Shown here in pieces: positions 48,038 through 58,649 of a stretch of DNA of 64,000 nt; the first letter of the stretch is position 1, and the number at the start of each line of letters is the position of its first letter. The stretch lies in contig CBFHVV010000006.1 of assembly GCA_965658965.1 (NCBI GenBank), positions 367 to 64,366 of the forward strand, given 5' to 3'. Below the pieces are notes generated by a model that had not been told where the DNA came from, made no database searches, and saw only the letters and a program-made list of their open reading frames with translations. This DNA is from Croceimicrobium sp. (GTDB lineage Bacteria > Bacteroidota > Bacteroidia > Flavobacteriales > Schleiferiaceae). Position numbers and translations under genes: made by a program.

Positions 48038-49336
48038 TTATACCTCTTTAGCAGGCTCCGAATTAAAAGAGTCACGGAAATTGTTTCCAGAAGGTCTTTG
48101 AAAAACGGCCAAGTCAAAATAGCTAACCGCAGAAAGTAAATGGTCCATTATATCACTCTGGATACCTTCATACTTTAACCATTCAATATCAGCACTAAAG
48201 CAGTAAATCTCCAAGGGTACGCCCATCTCTGTGGCTTGCATCTGACGTACCATCAAGGTTTCATTATTAGCTATTTTAGGGTGCTCTGCCAAGTAGGCTT
48301 CAGCATATCGTCTAAATAAACCTAGGTTAGTCATTTGTCTACCATTCAGATAAACGCTTTTATCGCTCTTATTTTTTTCGTTATCCTCATCAATTTCTTT
48401 TTGCCTTTCGGTAATGAACTTACTTATCCGTTCATACTTTAAAAACTTATCCCGCATTTCGGGACTAATAAACTTAACCGTTTGTAAATCAATATTAATG
48501 CTGCGTTTGATCCTCCGTACACCTAAATTGGTCATACCTCGCCAGTTAACAAAGCTGTCGCTGATAAAGGCATAGGTTGGCACCGTGGAAATCGTTTTAT
48601 CCCAATTGCGCACTTTAACGGTAGTGAGGTTTATTTCTAAAACATCTCCGTCGGCACCGTATTTAGGCATACTGACCCAGTCGCCAATGCGGACCATATC
48701 GTTGCCAGAAATTTGAATACTCGCTACTAGTCCTAAAAGGGTATCTCGGAAAATTAATAATATAACGGCAGTAGCAGCACCAAAGGTGGTTAAAACCGTT
48801 ACCGCACTTTTTCCCACTAAGGTAGAGATGATAAAAACGCCACCTGCGATATAAACCACAATTAGTATTACTTGAATATAACTGCTAACAGGTTTCCCTT
48901 CAAAGTGATCATTCGCCAAAGCCATGTGCTCCAAAGCTTTCAAAAACTTTTGTATCACACCAATGACCATCACCAAGCCGTAAATGATTACAACTTTTTG
49001 TAGTAAAAGAACCGTATCGGTAAGTTCGTCAAAAAGCCAAGGTAAACTATAATAAATTACCAGAGCCGGCACCAGATGGGCCAGTCCTTTAAAGACTCTT
49101 TTTTCTAGAAAGACATCATCGTAGTTGTTTTTAGAACGCTTCACATAGCGAGCTACGACTCTAAGTATCACTCTTCGTGCTATGAAATCAGCCAGCAGGC
49201 TAATAACAATCACAAAGAAAAAATCTATCGCTAGGGTCATTCTTTCTGCATAAACCTGACTAACGCCTTGATCCATAAGCCAGTTTAAGGCCCAGTGACT
49301 GAGATTGTTTTCTTCCACAAAAATGGTTTTGAGCAA
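48038..49336 (-). CDS. MscS-family mechanosensitive channel
   Basis: TM helices followed by VRIGDWVSM...GDVLEINLTTVKVRNWDKTISTVPTYAF. Confidence 0.8.
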   Translation of the reverse strand: MLKTIFVEENNLSHWALNWLMDQGVSQVYAERMTLAIDFFFVIVISLLADFIARRVILRVVARYVKRSKNNYDDVFLEKRVFKGLAHLVPALVIYYSLPWLFDELTDTVLLLQKVVIIYGLVMVIGVIQKFLKALEHMALANDHFEGKPVSSYIQVILIVVYIAGGVFIISTLVGKSAVTVLTTFGAATAVILLIFRDTLLGLVASIQISGNDMVRIGDWVSMPKYGADGDVLEINLTTVKVRNWDKTISTVPTYAFISDSFVNWRGMTNLGVRRIKRSINIDLQTVKFISPEMRDKFLKYERISKFITERQKEIDEDNEKNKSDKSVYLNGRQMTNLGLFRRYAEAYLAEHPKIANNETLMVRQMQATEMGVPLEIYCFSADIEWLKYEGIQSDIMDHLLSAVSYFDLAVFQRPSGNNFRDSFNSEPAKEV

Positions 49337-49351
49337 AGCTACAATTTTAGC

Positions 49352-50233
49352 TTAAGGCTGATATCGCAAACCATTGCTATTCGTTCCTACCACGCTAAAA
49401 TATCCAAAGGCATAATCCTCCACATCGCCCTTGCGGTGAATATTGCCTATTACTAAGGCCGGAGGCGCGTCAAATGGGGATCCTACTTGTTGTTGGCTGT
49501 TCACTAAAGTTAGAAAGGCTTCAAAGTCTGCCGAGATACTTTCAATGCGAACCCTAAGGCTATCGGGATCTTCGCCCATTTCAGGTTCTTCAAAAGGACC
49601 ATATATAGAAACAGCAGGGAATTCACTACCACCGAAATAAGCACCATCTACTCCAAAGTCATCAAAAATGATAATTTCTCTGGCAAAGACCGAGTCGTTG
49701 AGAGTTCGTTTTATGCGCAGAAAATTTTTAGTGTCGGGTATATCTCCAAAATACATTAAAGCATATTCGCCCTCTCTAAATGCACGCGGGTTAGTAGTTC
49801 TATTTAGGGTTTCTTGTTTTAAGCTATCTAATTCTGGGCAGGCTCTTAAGGTATCTGCTGCAGAAACCCATTCTCCCAGAAAGTTAGAAGGGTAGTCGCC
49901 ATTAATTTCGATTTCTAGGTGGTAGATGTTCCCTATCGAACCGCTGAAATCGCTAGAATAATAGCCTTTTCGGTTACTGCTTTCACTTAGCACGGCCATT
50001 TCGGTATTGCCTTCCCAAATACTTACGCGTGCGCCACTAATATAGTTAACCTCTTCGTTGGAAAAGTATTCAGAAGTGGTACTGATTTTAACAAAGGCGC
50101 TATCTTTATTAGAGACTTGACCACTGATTACCAATTCAATTTCACCGGTAGGCACATCAATATCGATGGGATCTTGACAGGATACTACAATTAAGGCCAA
50201 GAAGATTAAGCTGATTTTAGATAGTATCTTCAT
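49352..50233 (-). CDS. DUF4249-like lipoprotein (partner of the upstream TBDR)
   Basis: Lipobox ALIVVSC. Its size and its position directly after a CarboxypepD_reg-type TBDR fit the DUF4249 pairing common in Bacteroidota. Confidence 0.55.
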   Translation of the reverse strand: MKILSKISLIFLALIVVSCQDPIDIDVPTGEIELVISGQVSNKDSAFVKISTTSEYFSNEEVNYISGARVSIWEGNTEMAVLSESSNRKGYYSSDFSGSIGNIYHLEIEINGDYPSNFLGEWVSAADTLRACPELDSLKQETLNRTTNPRAFREGEYALMYFGDIPDTKNFLRIKRTLNDSVFAREIIIFDDFGVDGAYFGGSEFPAVSIYGPFEEPEMGEDPDSLRVRIESISADFEAFLTLVNSQQQVGSPFDAPPALVIGNIHRKGDVEDYAFGYFSVVGTNSNGLRYQP

Positions 50234-50234
50234 T

Positions 50235-52610
50235 TTAAAAATTAAAATTCCAGGTTACAGAAGGTATGATAGTGCCAAAAATGGCAAGCTGCATAGCACG
50301 GGTATTAAAGCTTGGAGCCATTGCACCGTCGGGGGTAGGTGCTTGCTCGAAGTAAACCGAGTAGGCATTCCGACGAGCATAAACGTTATATAGACCGATC
50401 GACCACGAACTGTAAAACTTCTTATTAGGCTCTTTTTTAGGAGTGTAATTAGCGGATAGATCTAAACGGTGGTAATCGGGAATACGCAGGCTATTTCGGC
50501 TTCGATAAATGGGCACACTGTAATCTTCAAAAACATATCTCCCTTCAGGAGGAGTAATAGCCCTTCCTGTTTGGTAGGTGAAGTTCATACCTAAATCCCA
50601 TTTTTCTGTGAGCTGGTAGTTAAGGACAAAGGAAATATCGTGACGCTTATCGTAGTTGGCAGCATACCATTCTCCGGCGTTTATGGCCAAGCGAGGATCG
50701 TCATTCTCTACCTTTAATTCCGTTTTAGAAAGGGTGTAGCTCAGCCAACCACTAAGGCGCCCTTCGCGCTTACGCAGATAAAATTCTAAACCATAAGAGC
50801 GACCAATACCAGAAAGAATCTCCGTTTCAATGGTCTCATTAAAAATTAAGTCTGCGCCATTGCGATAATCCACAATATTGTTAAAGTCCTTGTAATAGCC
50901 TTCCAAGGAAACCTCGTAGCGGTTATTATCAAAGTTTTGAAAGTAACCTGCAGCCACTTGATTTACCGTAGCTGGCTTAATATAACGTCCTGCAGGGCGG
51001 TACAAATCTACGGGAGTGGGAGACGACGTATTGCTAATGAGATGAATGTATTGTCTTGTTCGATTGTAACTGGTTTTAATACTGCGCTGGTCATCTATGC
51101 GGTAATTAGCAGAAAATCTTGGCTCTAAGCCTTCAAGTCCATTGTAAGCCTGAACAATTTCGCCTGCTTGATAGTCCCTAACGCTAAGAACTTCATCGGC
51201 ATTGGGTAGTTCTGGGTTAAGGTAGCTTCTAACTTTTTGTGCACCTAAATTGTAAAAAGAGGAATAGCGTAAACCATATTGTAAGGTCCATCGGGTACCT
51301 AGGTCTAATTCCTGGCTAAAGTAAATAGAAGGCTCCAAGGCAAACTCTTCTTGTAGAGCTAACTCTACATTACCCGTAATCTCGCCTGGTTTTAGGCGGT
51401 AGTACACTCCCTCCACACCAAACTCAATTTCATTCTTACTACTCAAGTAGTAGTTATATTGATTCTTGAAGTGGTAATCTTGAATGGTTGATTTTAAGCG
51501 GAAGTTAAACTCCGCATCTTCGGCCGTACCTAAGGTATAAGTGTAGTCGCTAAAAACAAAAGTGAAATTGGAAAATAGCTTATCGCTAAAAAGGTGATTC
51601 CATCGCAATGACCCGGTGGCATTCCCCCAATCAAAACCGAATAAATCATTAATTTCGAAAACATCACGACCAAAATAACCGCTTAGGTACAGTCGATCCT
51701 TATCACTAAAAATATAATTGAGTTTAGTGTTTAAGTCGTAAAAGTAAAGGGTGTTTTGGCTAATGGTTGAATCTGGACTTAGTCCTAAAAATATATCTGC
51801 ATAAGAGCGTCGAGCCGCCACCATGAAAGCAGATTTTTCTTTCTGGATTGGTCCTTCTAGCAGTAATCTACTAGATAGTAATCCGATTCCTCCAGTTCCA
51901 CTAAACTCCTTATTGTTACCGTCCTTCTGACGAACATCTACCACAGAGCTTAATCTGCCGCCGTAGCGAGCAGGAATACCTCCCTTATACAGCTTGACAT
52001 CTTTGACCGCGTCGGCATTGAAAATTGAGAAAAAGCCAAAAAGGTGAGAAGAGTTGTATACCGGTGCTTCATCAAGTAGAATTAAATTCTGGTCGCTGTT
52101 TCCGCCTCTCACATTAAAGCCATTGGCCGCTTCACCGATGGTGCTAATTCCTGGTAAAAGCGTGAGACTTCTTATAATATCAACTTCTCCTAAAAGGGCC
52201 GGCATTTTTTTAACGTCTTTCATGTCGAGCTCTACCACACTCATTTCAACACTGCTAACATTTTGGTCTTGCCTTTCTGCGGTAACGGTTACTTCATTTA
52301 ACTGAGTTGTATTTTCACTTAATTCAATATTCATTTTTAGATCTTGCTGTAGATCTATTTTAAGGGTTTTTGTTTGGTAACCGATATACTGTACAGAAAC
52401 CTCGTAAACTCTCGGCTTAAGGCTCAGTGAGTAATAGCCATAAAGATTGGTGCTAGTTCCTTCTCCTAATTCGGGAATAACTACATTTACACCAATCAGT
52501 TCTTCACCAGTTTTTGCGTCCCTAATGTAGCCACTAAATGTAAACTGAGTGTTTTGAGAAAAAGCAGAGAGACTGAAGCAGAGGAGGAGCAGGTTTATTA
52601 AAAATCGCAT
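50235..52610 (-). CDS. TonB-dependent receptor with carboxypeptidase-regulatory-like N-domain
   Basis: FSGYIRDAKTGEELIGVNVVI..., a plug (LPGISTIGEAANGFNVRGGNSDQNLILLDEAPVYN), and an ending ...VTWNFNF. Confidence 0.9.
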   Translation of the reverse strand: MRFLINLLLLCFSLSAFSQNTQFTFSGYIRDAKTGEELIGVNVVIPELGEGTSTNLYGYYSLSLKPRVYEVSVQYIGYQTKTLKIDLQQDLKMNIELSENTTQLNEVTVTAERQDQNVSSVEMSVVELDMKDVKKMPALLGEVDIIRSLTLLPGISTIGEAANGFNVRGGNSDQNLILLDEAPVYNSSHLFGFFSIFNADAVKDVKLYKGGIPARYGGRLSSVVDVRQKDGNNKEFSGTGGIGLLSSRLLLEGPIQKEKSAFMVAARRSYADIFLGLSPDSTISQNTLYFYDLNTKLNYIFSDKDRLYLSGYFGRDVFEINDLFGFDWGNATGSLRWNHLFSDKLFSNFTFVFSDYTYTLGTAEDAEFNFRLKSTIQDYHFKNQYNYYLSSKNEIEFGVEGVYYRLKPGEITGNVELALQEEFALEPSIYFSQELDLGTRWTLQYGLRYSSFYNLGAQKVRSYLNPELPNADEVLSVRDYQAGEIVQAYNGLEGLEPRFSANYRIDDQRSIKTSYNRTRQYIHLISNTSSPTPVDLYRPAGRYIKPATVNQVAAGYFQNFDNNRYEVSLEGYYKDFNNIVDYRNGADLIFNETIETEILSGIGRSYGLEFYLRKREGRLSGWLSYTLSKTELKVENDDPRLAINAGEWYAANYDKRHDISFVLNYQLTEKWDLGMNFTYQTGRAITPPEGRYVFEDYSVPIYRSRNSLRIPDYHRLDLSANYTPKKEPNKKFYSSWSIGLYNVYARRNAYSVYFEQAPTPDGAMAPSFNTRAMQLAIFGTIIPSVTWNFNF

Positions 52611-52769
52611 TTTAACTAAGAATTAGCGCTTGAAGGAATAATTGGTCTTTAAAAAGAACTTACTTTTACCTTTTATGTTCTCTTTGAACACGGCAAAAGT
52701 AATGTTACCTATTGGTAGGCTAATATTTCTAAAGCCCTTTTTAACAAACTTTTAAGTAGGTCGTTTTCT

Positions 52770-54890
52770 ATGCAATATATTAAGGTAGTCAATAAGTTTA
52801 GATATCTGTTTTTACTCCTGATACTAGGCTTAGGCTTAGGGTTTTATAATCCAATTGGTAAAGAAGAAAAGAAGGATAAAGTAATCCTAAATCTCATTTA
52901 TCAAGTTTTAAACTCCAATCATTTTTCGCCCCAAGATTTGAATGATGATTTCTCCCAAAAGGTATTTAATAATTTTTTAGAAAGCTTAGACTATAACAAG
53001 CGTTTTCTGTTAGCTAGTGATGTGGCAGAAATGGAGCAACATCGTACGGATATCGATGATCAAATTAGAATTGCTCAACTGGGCTTTTTTGAGATGTCCT
53101 ACGCTATTTATGAGAAGCGCTATGCCGAGGTTAAGGGCTTCTACAAGGAAATATTGGCTCAACCTTTTGACCTAGAGCGCAAAGAAGTGTTTGAGACAGA
53201 CGATGAGAAATTAGACTTCGTGAAAGACAGGGAAGAATTAAAGGATCGCTGGCGCAAATACTTCAAGTATAGAGTTCTTAATAGGCTGGATGAGATGCTT
53301 GATGAGGATAATGATTCTACTGCTGTAGAAGGGGAAGCGCCTTTAAGCTTACAAGAAATGGAGATTAAGGCGAGGGAGAAGGAGCTGGAATTGCATGAAG
53401 ACTGGTTTAAGACCCTCGATGATATGGAACGTATGGATTGGCTCTCTGCTTATCTAAATGCAATTACCCTGGTTTATGATCCACATACCCAGTATTTTGC
53501 TCCAGAGAAGAAAGAGGATTTTGAGATTAACATGACTGGCCAATTACAAGGTATCGGTGCACAGCTTTCACAAAAAGGTGATTATGTTACAATTACTAAA
53601 GTTATAGTGGGCAGTCCCTGCTGGAAACAAGGCGACTTAGAGGTAGGCGATAAAATATTAAAAGTTGAGCAAGAAGATGGTGAGGTCGTTGATTTGGTTG
53701 GCTTAAGTGTGCGGAAAGCGGTAACACATATTCGGGGTCCTAAAGGCACTGAGGTTAAGTTGACCGTACGTAAGCTCGACGGAACAAAAATGGTAATTCC
53801 TATTATTCGCGACATTGTAGAGCTGGAATCTACCTTCGCAAAATCGAGCTTAATTGGCGAAGGAGATAATAAAATAGGTTATATCCGATTGCCTAAATTC
53901 TATGTTGACTTTTACGGAGATTCCAATCACGACTGTGCCGAGGATGTAGAAAAAGAACTAGAAAAGCTAAAAAGAGAAAATGTAAGTGGGGTGATTCTTG
54001 ACTTACGTAATAACGGAGGTGGAAGCTTGCAAAGTGTTATAGACATTGTAGGATTGTTCATTGACGAAGGTCCGGTAGTGCAAGTAAAGGCATCTGGGCG
54101 TAGACCCCAAGTATTGAGAGACCGCGACAATGGGGTAGTGTACGACGGCCCTCTAGTGGTAATGGTAAATCAGTTTAGTGCATCAGCTTCGGAAATTTTT
54201 GCTGCCGCCATTCAAGATTACAAACGCGGCCTCATCATTGGCAGTCAGTCTACTTTTGGTAAAGGAACCGTACAGAATGTTGTAGATATGGATCGCGCGG
54301 TAAGTTTAACTTATAACGATTTAAAACCATTGGGAGCATTAAAGTTGACCATTCAAAAGTATTATCGAATTAATGGCGGAACCCCACAGTTGAAAGGCGT
54401 AAGGCCTGATATTGTACTGCCTGATAATTATATGTATATCCCTTCTGGAGAGAAGGAACAAGATTTTGCCTTGCCATATGATGAGATTGAAGAAGCCGAA
54501 TATGAGGTATGGGGACCGGGAGTTAGTCAATATCCTAATCTGGTACACAAAAGTAAACTAAGAGTGGATACTACCGCTAAATTTGCGCTAATTGAGGAAT
54601 ATGCCCGTTGGATTAAAGAAGAAAGAGAAAACTCGGAGATTAATTTGAATCTCGATGGTTTTAGAAAAGAGCAACAAGACTACCGCGAGGAGGCTAAGAA
54701 GTATAAAGGTATGCGTCAGAGTTCTCAGCTTTTAACGCTCAGTAATAACCAAGAAGATATTGAGGCAGTTGAGGCTAATGAGGAGGCCAAAACTAAAAAT
54801 GAAAATTGGCATAAGGGCTTGCGCAAAGATTTGTATTTATTTGAAGCGGTTCAGGTGCTAAGCGACTTAAGCGCGGTTTACGGTTCTTGA
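52770..54890 (+). CDS. Carboxy-terminal processing (tail-specific) protease, S41 family
   Basis: A PDZ region, the catalytic region SASASEIFAAAIQDY and FGKGTVQ. Confidence 0.85.
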   Translation: MQYIKVVNKFRYLFLLLILGLGLGFYNPIGKEEKKDKVILNLIYQVLNSNHFSPQDLNDDFSQKVFNNFLESLDYNKRFLLASDVAEMEQHRTDIDDQIRIAQLGFFEMSYAIYEKRYAEVKGFYKEILAQPFDLERKEVFETDDEKLDFVKDREELKDRWRKYFKYRVLNRLDEMLDEDNDSTAVEGEAPLSLQEMEIKAREKELELHEDWFKTLDDMERMDWLSAYLNAITLVYDPHTQYFAPEKKEDFEINMTGQLQGIGAQLSQKGDYVTITKVIVGSPCWKQGDLEVGDKILKVEQEDGEVVDLVGLSVRKAVTHIRGPKGTEVKLTVRKLDGTKMVIPIIRDIVELESTFAKSSLIGEGDNKIGYIRLPKFYVDFYGDSNHDCAEDVEKELEKLKRENVSGVILDLRNNGGGSLQSVIDIVGLFIDEGPVVQVKASGRRPQVLRDRDNGVVYDGPLVVMVNQFSASASEIFAAAIQDYKRGLIIGSQSTFGKGTVQNVVDMDRAVSLTYNDLKPLGALKLTIQKYYRINGGTPQLKGVRPDIVLPDNYMYIPSGEKEQDFALPYDEIEEAEYEVWGPGVSQYPNLVHKSKLRVDTTAKFALIEEYARWIKEERENSEINLNLDGFRKEQQDYREEAKKYKGMRQSSQLLTLSNNQEDIEAVEANEEAKTKNENWHKGLRKDLYLFEAVQVLSDLSAVYGS

Positions 54891-55960
54891 GCACTTTTAG
54901 AAAAATAATTAAAGACCCTTTAGGAGCTATCGGAATATCTATTATTCTGATAGCTTCTTTTTTAGCTCTATTTGCCTATCTAATTATCCCCGATAAGACC
55001 AGTAATGCTAACGCTATGAACCTTAGTATTGCCAATCAAGACCCTGGTTTTAAGGCACAGTTTTTAGTGCTTCCTATCCAAGAGAATACTAAAAAATTAA
55101 AATTAAGTGATTGGTTCTTGGGTAAAGAAAAAACTGCAGAACTCATTCCGATTAGTACGATTCGGCAAAGGGACTCTATGGTTTTTTATCGTCCTTTTCC
55201 AAGTAATGAGGGTTTAGAAAAGAAAGTGAATTTAGCCCCTTTCTATTCGCAAAATGAGATTGAAAGCAAACTGTACTTACAGGAAAGAGTTTTCTGGTTT
55301 GGTAGCGATCGTTTTGGGCGCGATATGCTAAGCCGTTTGGTTGTAGGAGCAAGAATATCGTTAATGGTAGGTTTTTTGGCCGTTTTTATCTCGCTGTTAA
55401 TTGGGATACCCTTGGGGGCATTCGCGGCTTACTATGGCTCATGGCCAGATAAGCTTATCATGTGGCTCATTAACGTTATTTGGTCTATACCAGGATTACT
55501 GATGGTAATTGCGATTACTTTGGCTTTAGGAAAAGGCTTTTGGCAAGTTTTCATTGCTATTGGTTTTACCATGTGGGTAGAAGTGGCTCGTGTTGTTCGA
55601 GGTCAGGTATTAAGTATTAAGGAAAAAGAATACATTCAAGCTGCGAAGGTGCTTGGATTTAGTGATTTATATATTATTGTGAAGCATATTCTACCTAATA
55701 TTCTAGCGCCTCTCATTGTTATTTCAGCAGCAAACTTTGCTTCTGCGATTTTAATTGAAAGTGGTTTAAGTTTTTTGGGTATCGGTGCTCAGCCTCCAAC
55801 GCCAACTTGGGGAACGATGATTAAAGATCATTATTCTTATTTAATAATGGGTAAAGCCCATCTCGCTATAATACCGGGTCTTGCTATAATGCTGCTAGTT
55901 TTGGCTTTTATGCTTATTGGCAATGCTTTGCGCGATGCCCTCGATGTACGCAAGACTTAA
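54887..55960 (+). CDS. DppC/OppC-type ABC transporter permease (no partner genes nearby)
   Basis: TTG start inside a TTGA overlap with the ctp stop. The BPD-transporter EAA-like region is KEKEYIQAAKVLGFSDLYIIVKHILPNI. Confidence 0.8.
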   Translation: MSTFRKIIKDPLGAIGISIILIASFLALFAYLIIPDKTSNANAMNLSIANQDPGFKAQFLVLPIQENTKKLKLSDWFLGKEKTAELIPISTIRQRDSMVFYRPFPSNEGLEKKVNLAPFYSQNEIESKLYLQERVFWFGSDRFGRDMLSRLVVGARISLMVGFLAVFISLLIGIPLGAFAAYYGSWPDKLIMWLINVIWSIPGLLMVIAITLALGKGFWQVFIAIGFTMWVEVARVVRGQVLSIKEKEYIQAAKVLGFSDLYIIVKHILPNILAPLIVISAANFASAILIESGLSFLGIGAQPPTPTWGTMIKDHYSYLIMGKAHLAIIPGLAIMLLVLAFMLIGNALRDALDVRKT

Positions 55961-56550
55961 AACTGCCAGCGGAAACTAATGTTATTAGAGCCAATTTGCA
56001 CTTTTTCTAGAATAGGGATTAAGATGCTACTTTCATGGCTAGCGTGCATGTAATACATGATGCTATCAAAAATCAATAAAAAGGCCCCGTTTACAATCAC
56101 TGCTTTGCCAAAGCCGTTTAGACGAGCTTTTTGATCACTGTTTTTTGATCTTTCCATTAGGTAAGCACCGCCTAACATATAGCCAAGATCAAGTGCCGAA
56201 TTGAAGAGAAGTATTTTTGAGATCTTATTTTGCTCTAAGATACTTTCGGTTAAGCTCAAATCTGCGGAAGCGCTGATACTACCGTAATAACCAAAACCAG
56301 CAATGGCGAGATTTACTGCATTCCAGGCAAGGTTCATTTGGTGATAAGCCTTAGTTTCTGGATTTGCTGCTTGTAGTTTGAAGCTAGAGACAGCCATGTT
56401 TCCTAAAGCCCATGAGCCTAAAATTAACATGCCTTTTTGATTGTAATCTAAGCGTTGCTGATTAAAGCTTAGTAAGTCTACACTGCCTTGTGCACTGGCG
56501 TAGATGCCAATAAATAGGAGACAAAAGAAGCTGAGCCATTTCATTTTCAT
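55957..56550 (-). CDS. Hypothetical membrane protein
   Basis: The ATG at 56550 gives the signal/TM sequence MKMKWLSFFCLLFIGIYASAQ. The track start at 56598 would overlap aat. Confidence 0.4.
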   Translation of the reverse strand: MKMKWLSFFCLLFIGIYASAQGSVDLLSFNQQRLDYNQKGMLILGSWALGNMAVSSFKLQAANPETKAYHQMNLAWNAVNLAIAGFGYYGSISASADLSLTESILEQNKISKILLFNSALDLGYMLGGAYLMERSKNSDQKARLNGFGKAVIVNGAFLLIFDSIMYYMHASHESSILIPILEKVQIGSNNISFRWQF

Positions 56551-56560
56551 TGTAGAAACT

Positions 56561-57250
56561 TTAATTCCTAAACACCTCTTCCAAGTCAAGGTTCTCATGA
56601 ATGGCTAACTCTAATTCATCCATAAAGCGCATTCTAGGCATTGGGTAGGCACCTAGGCTGGCTAAATATTTATTGTAAACCTGGCAGTCAATAATACGGA
56701 AGCCCCAATGCTGTAGTCTTTTACATAGGCTTATAAAGGCAATTTTCCCAGCATTGCTTTCCTTCGAAAACATCGATTCACCCATAAAGCATGAGCCGAT
56801 AACAACACCATAAAGTCCTCCAACTAATTTGTTTTCGCGCCAAGCTTCAACGCTTACCGCTTCGCCTAGTTCATGTAGTTTTAAAAAGGCCTTAATATGG
56901 TCGTCTGTAATCCACGTGCCGTGTTGATTACTGCGTTTTATTTGCTGACAATGGAGTAATACATCTTTAAAGGCTGTGTTGAAACGAATCTCAAACTTCT
57001 TTTGGTTAAGCAAGTTACGGGAGCTTTTAGTGATGTTAACCTCATTGGGTCTCAGTACCATGCGCTCTAAAGGGTTCCACCATAATAACTCGTTGTCGGG
57101 ATCGTTCCAAGGGAATATTCCCATCCGATAAGCCTTCTGTAATCGGCGGTAGTCTAAATCTCCTCCCACGGCTACAATACTGTCTTCCTTATCCCAATCA
57201 CTAGCTTCTGGAAACCACAGGAAGTCTTTATCTAACTCAAATATTGGCAT
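56561..57250 (-). CDS. aat: Leucyl/phenylalanyl-tRNA--protein transferase
   Basis: YRMGIFPWNDP...WWNPLERMVL, GESMFS. Confidence 0.88.
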   Translation of the reverse strand: MPIFELDKDFLWFPEASDWDKEDSIVAVGGDLDYRRLQKAYRMGIFPWNDPDNELLWWNPLERMVLRPNEVNITKSSRNLLNQKKFEIRFNTAFKDVLLHCQQIKRSNQHGTWITDDHIKAFLKLHELGEAVSVEAWRENKLVGGLYGVVIGSCFMGESMFSKESNAGKIAFISLCKRLQHWGFRIIDCQVYNKYLASLGAYPMPRMRFMDELELAIHENLDLEEVFRN

Positions 57251-58635
57251 TAGAACATTAATAGGCTAATGGTAAAAATAAGAAATCCCGCCAGCATGAT
57301 TAGGAGGGTGTAGGGTATAATTTCTCTTGCCTTTAATCCTGTGATTGCTAATAGGGGGAGGGCCCAAAAGGGCTGCATCATATTAGTTAATTGGTCGCCA
57401 TAGGCTAAAGCCATAACTGCTTTGCCTAAGGGGATTTCTAAGCGGAGCGCTGTTTCTATTAAAACAGTTCCTTGAATGGCCCATTGCCCACCACCACTAG
57501 GGACGAATACATTAACCAATGCTGCACTAAAAAGACTAAGAATGGGGAAGCTAAGAGGACTAGCAATACTGCTAAAAAATTCACTCAATTGCGATATCAA
57601 TCCGCTGTTGCTCATCAAACCCATTATTCCAAAATAAAGCGGAAACTGTATTAAAATCCCACCTGCTCCGCCAATGGCTTGATCAAGAGCACCTAAAAAG
57701 GAGTTGATACTGCCGTGTAAAAGAAAACAAAGGCCTAAGAGGCTGAGGTTTATGAAGTTAAGAGACATAAACGATAGGTCTGTGGCACGGAAGATAATCA
57801 TCAAGTTAAGGGCCAGTATTGCGGCACCAATTGCTCGTCCGAAGTATTTAGAGAAGTCAAGTTTCTCCGCGCCACGGAGCCTTGTTTCTCTGCTTAAAGA
57901 AGCCGCTTCTTTAATAGGAAAAATATGGTCTGATATTCCTCGGTTGAATTTTGCTAATAGGTATAAGAGACTAGGTAGTAAAATTAATAGCGCTAGTGAG
58001 CAAGCGAGGTTCATGGGGCTTAAAATTGTCTCAGCAATACTAATACTAAGGGGTAATTTGTGGCTGTATGCCCCTAGGTCGATACCTTGCATTAACTCTT
58101 TTAAATGAAGTTCTTCGGCCACTTTTAAAGGAGCACTGCCACTAAAACCGCCATGCCATACCATCAGGCCAGAATATCCTGCTGCACCCAAAATACCATA
58201 GTTAAAGTTTTGGTTTTGGCGACTAAGTTTTAAACCGGCTTTTTGAGCGAAAATGGCTCCGAAAACTAAGCCCAGACCCCAATTAAAAAAGGAAACGAGT
58301 ATACTGAAGAAACAAACCATAGCTGCAAGTGCAGCTGGACTTTCTACTAAATTAAGCAGCTTGTTTATAAGTCTTTTAATGGCTGGTGCCAGTGCTAAGC
58401 TATGTCCTAATACTAGGATTAGCATCATCTGCACCATAAAAACAAGAAGAGGGGCTTGCCAAAGCCCCTCTATCCAATAATCAATTGAGTTTGTGAAATT
58501 TTGGCTAAAACTGTTTGCACCGAATAGCCAAACTAAGGAAAAGGCAATTAAGCTTAATACTAATGCAATAGATAAAGGACTCGGTAATAAGTACCGGAAA
58601 GCCCCTTCGAAGCTCTTTGCAAAACTTTTAGCCAT
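57250..58635 (-). CDS. AtoE-like short-chain fatty acid transporter family membrane protein
   Basis: A 461-aa polytopic membrane protein. Resemblance to the AtoE/TIGR00366 family is from memory only. Confidence 0.6.
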   Translation of the reverse strand: MAKSFAKSFEGAFRYLLPSPLSIALVLSLIAFSLVWLFGANSFSQNFTNSIDYWIEGLWQAPLLVFMVQMMLILVLGHSLALAPAIKRLINKLLNLVESPAALAAMVCFFSILVSFFNWGLGLVFGAIFAQKAGLKLSRQNQNFNYGILGAAGYSGLMVWHGGFSGSAPLKVAEELHLKELMQGIDLGAYSHKLPLSISIAETILSPMNLACSLALLILLPSLLYLLAKFNRGISDHIFPIKEAASLSRETRLRGAEKLDFSKYFGRAIGAAILALNLMIIFRATDLSFMSLNFINLSLLGLCFLLHGSINSFLGALDQAIGGAGGILIQFPLYFGIMGLMSNSGLISQLSEFFSSIASPLSFPILSLFSAALVNVFVPSGGGQWAIQGTVLIETALRLEIPLGKAVMALAYGDQLTNMMQPFWALPLLAITGLKAREIIPYTLLIMLAGFLIFTISLLMF

Positions 58636-58649
58636 TTCCCCTTAATGCC

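Noticed and set aside
57704-58108. Long antisense ORFs. Examples: 57704..58108, 59417..59818, 60893..61249, 44281..44583, 47288..47617, 21600..21890, 18306..18545 and 36442..36693. Many shorter ones exist.
   Set aside because: Each sits fully inside a well-supported gene on the opposite strand. Their composition is low-complexity or odd (Ser/Leu/Arg-rich), and they lack recognisable motifs. They are typical shadow ORFs.
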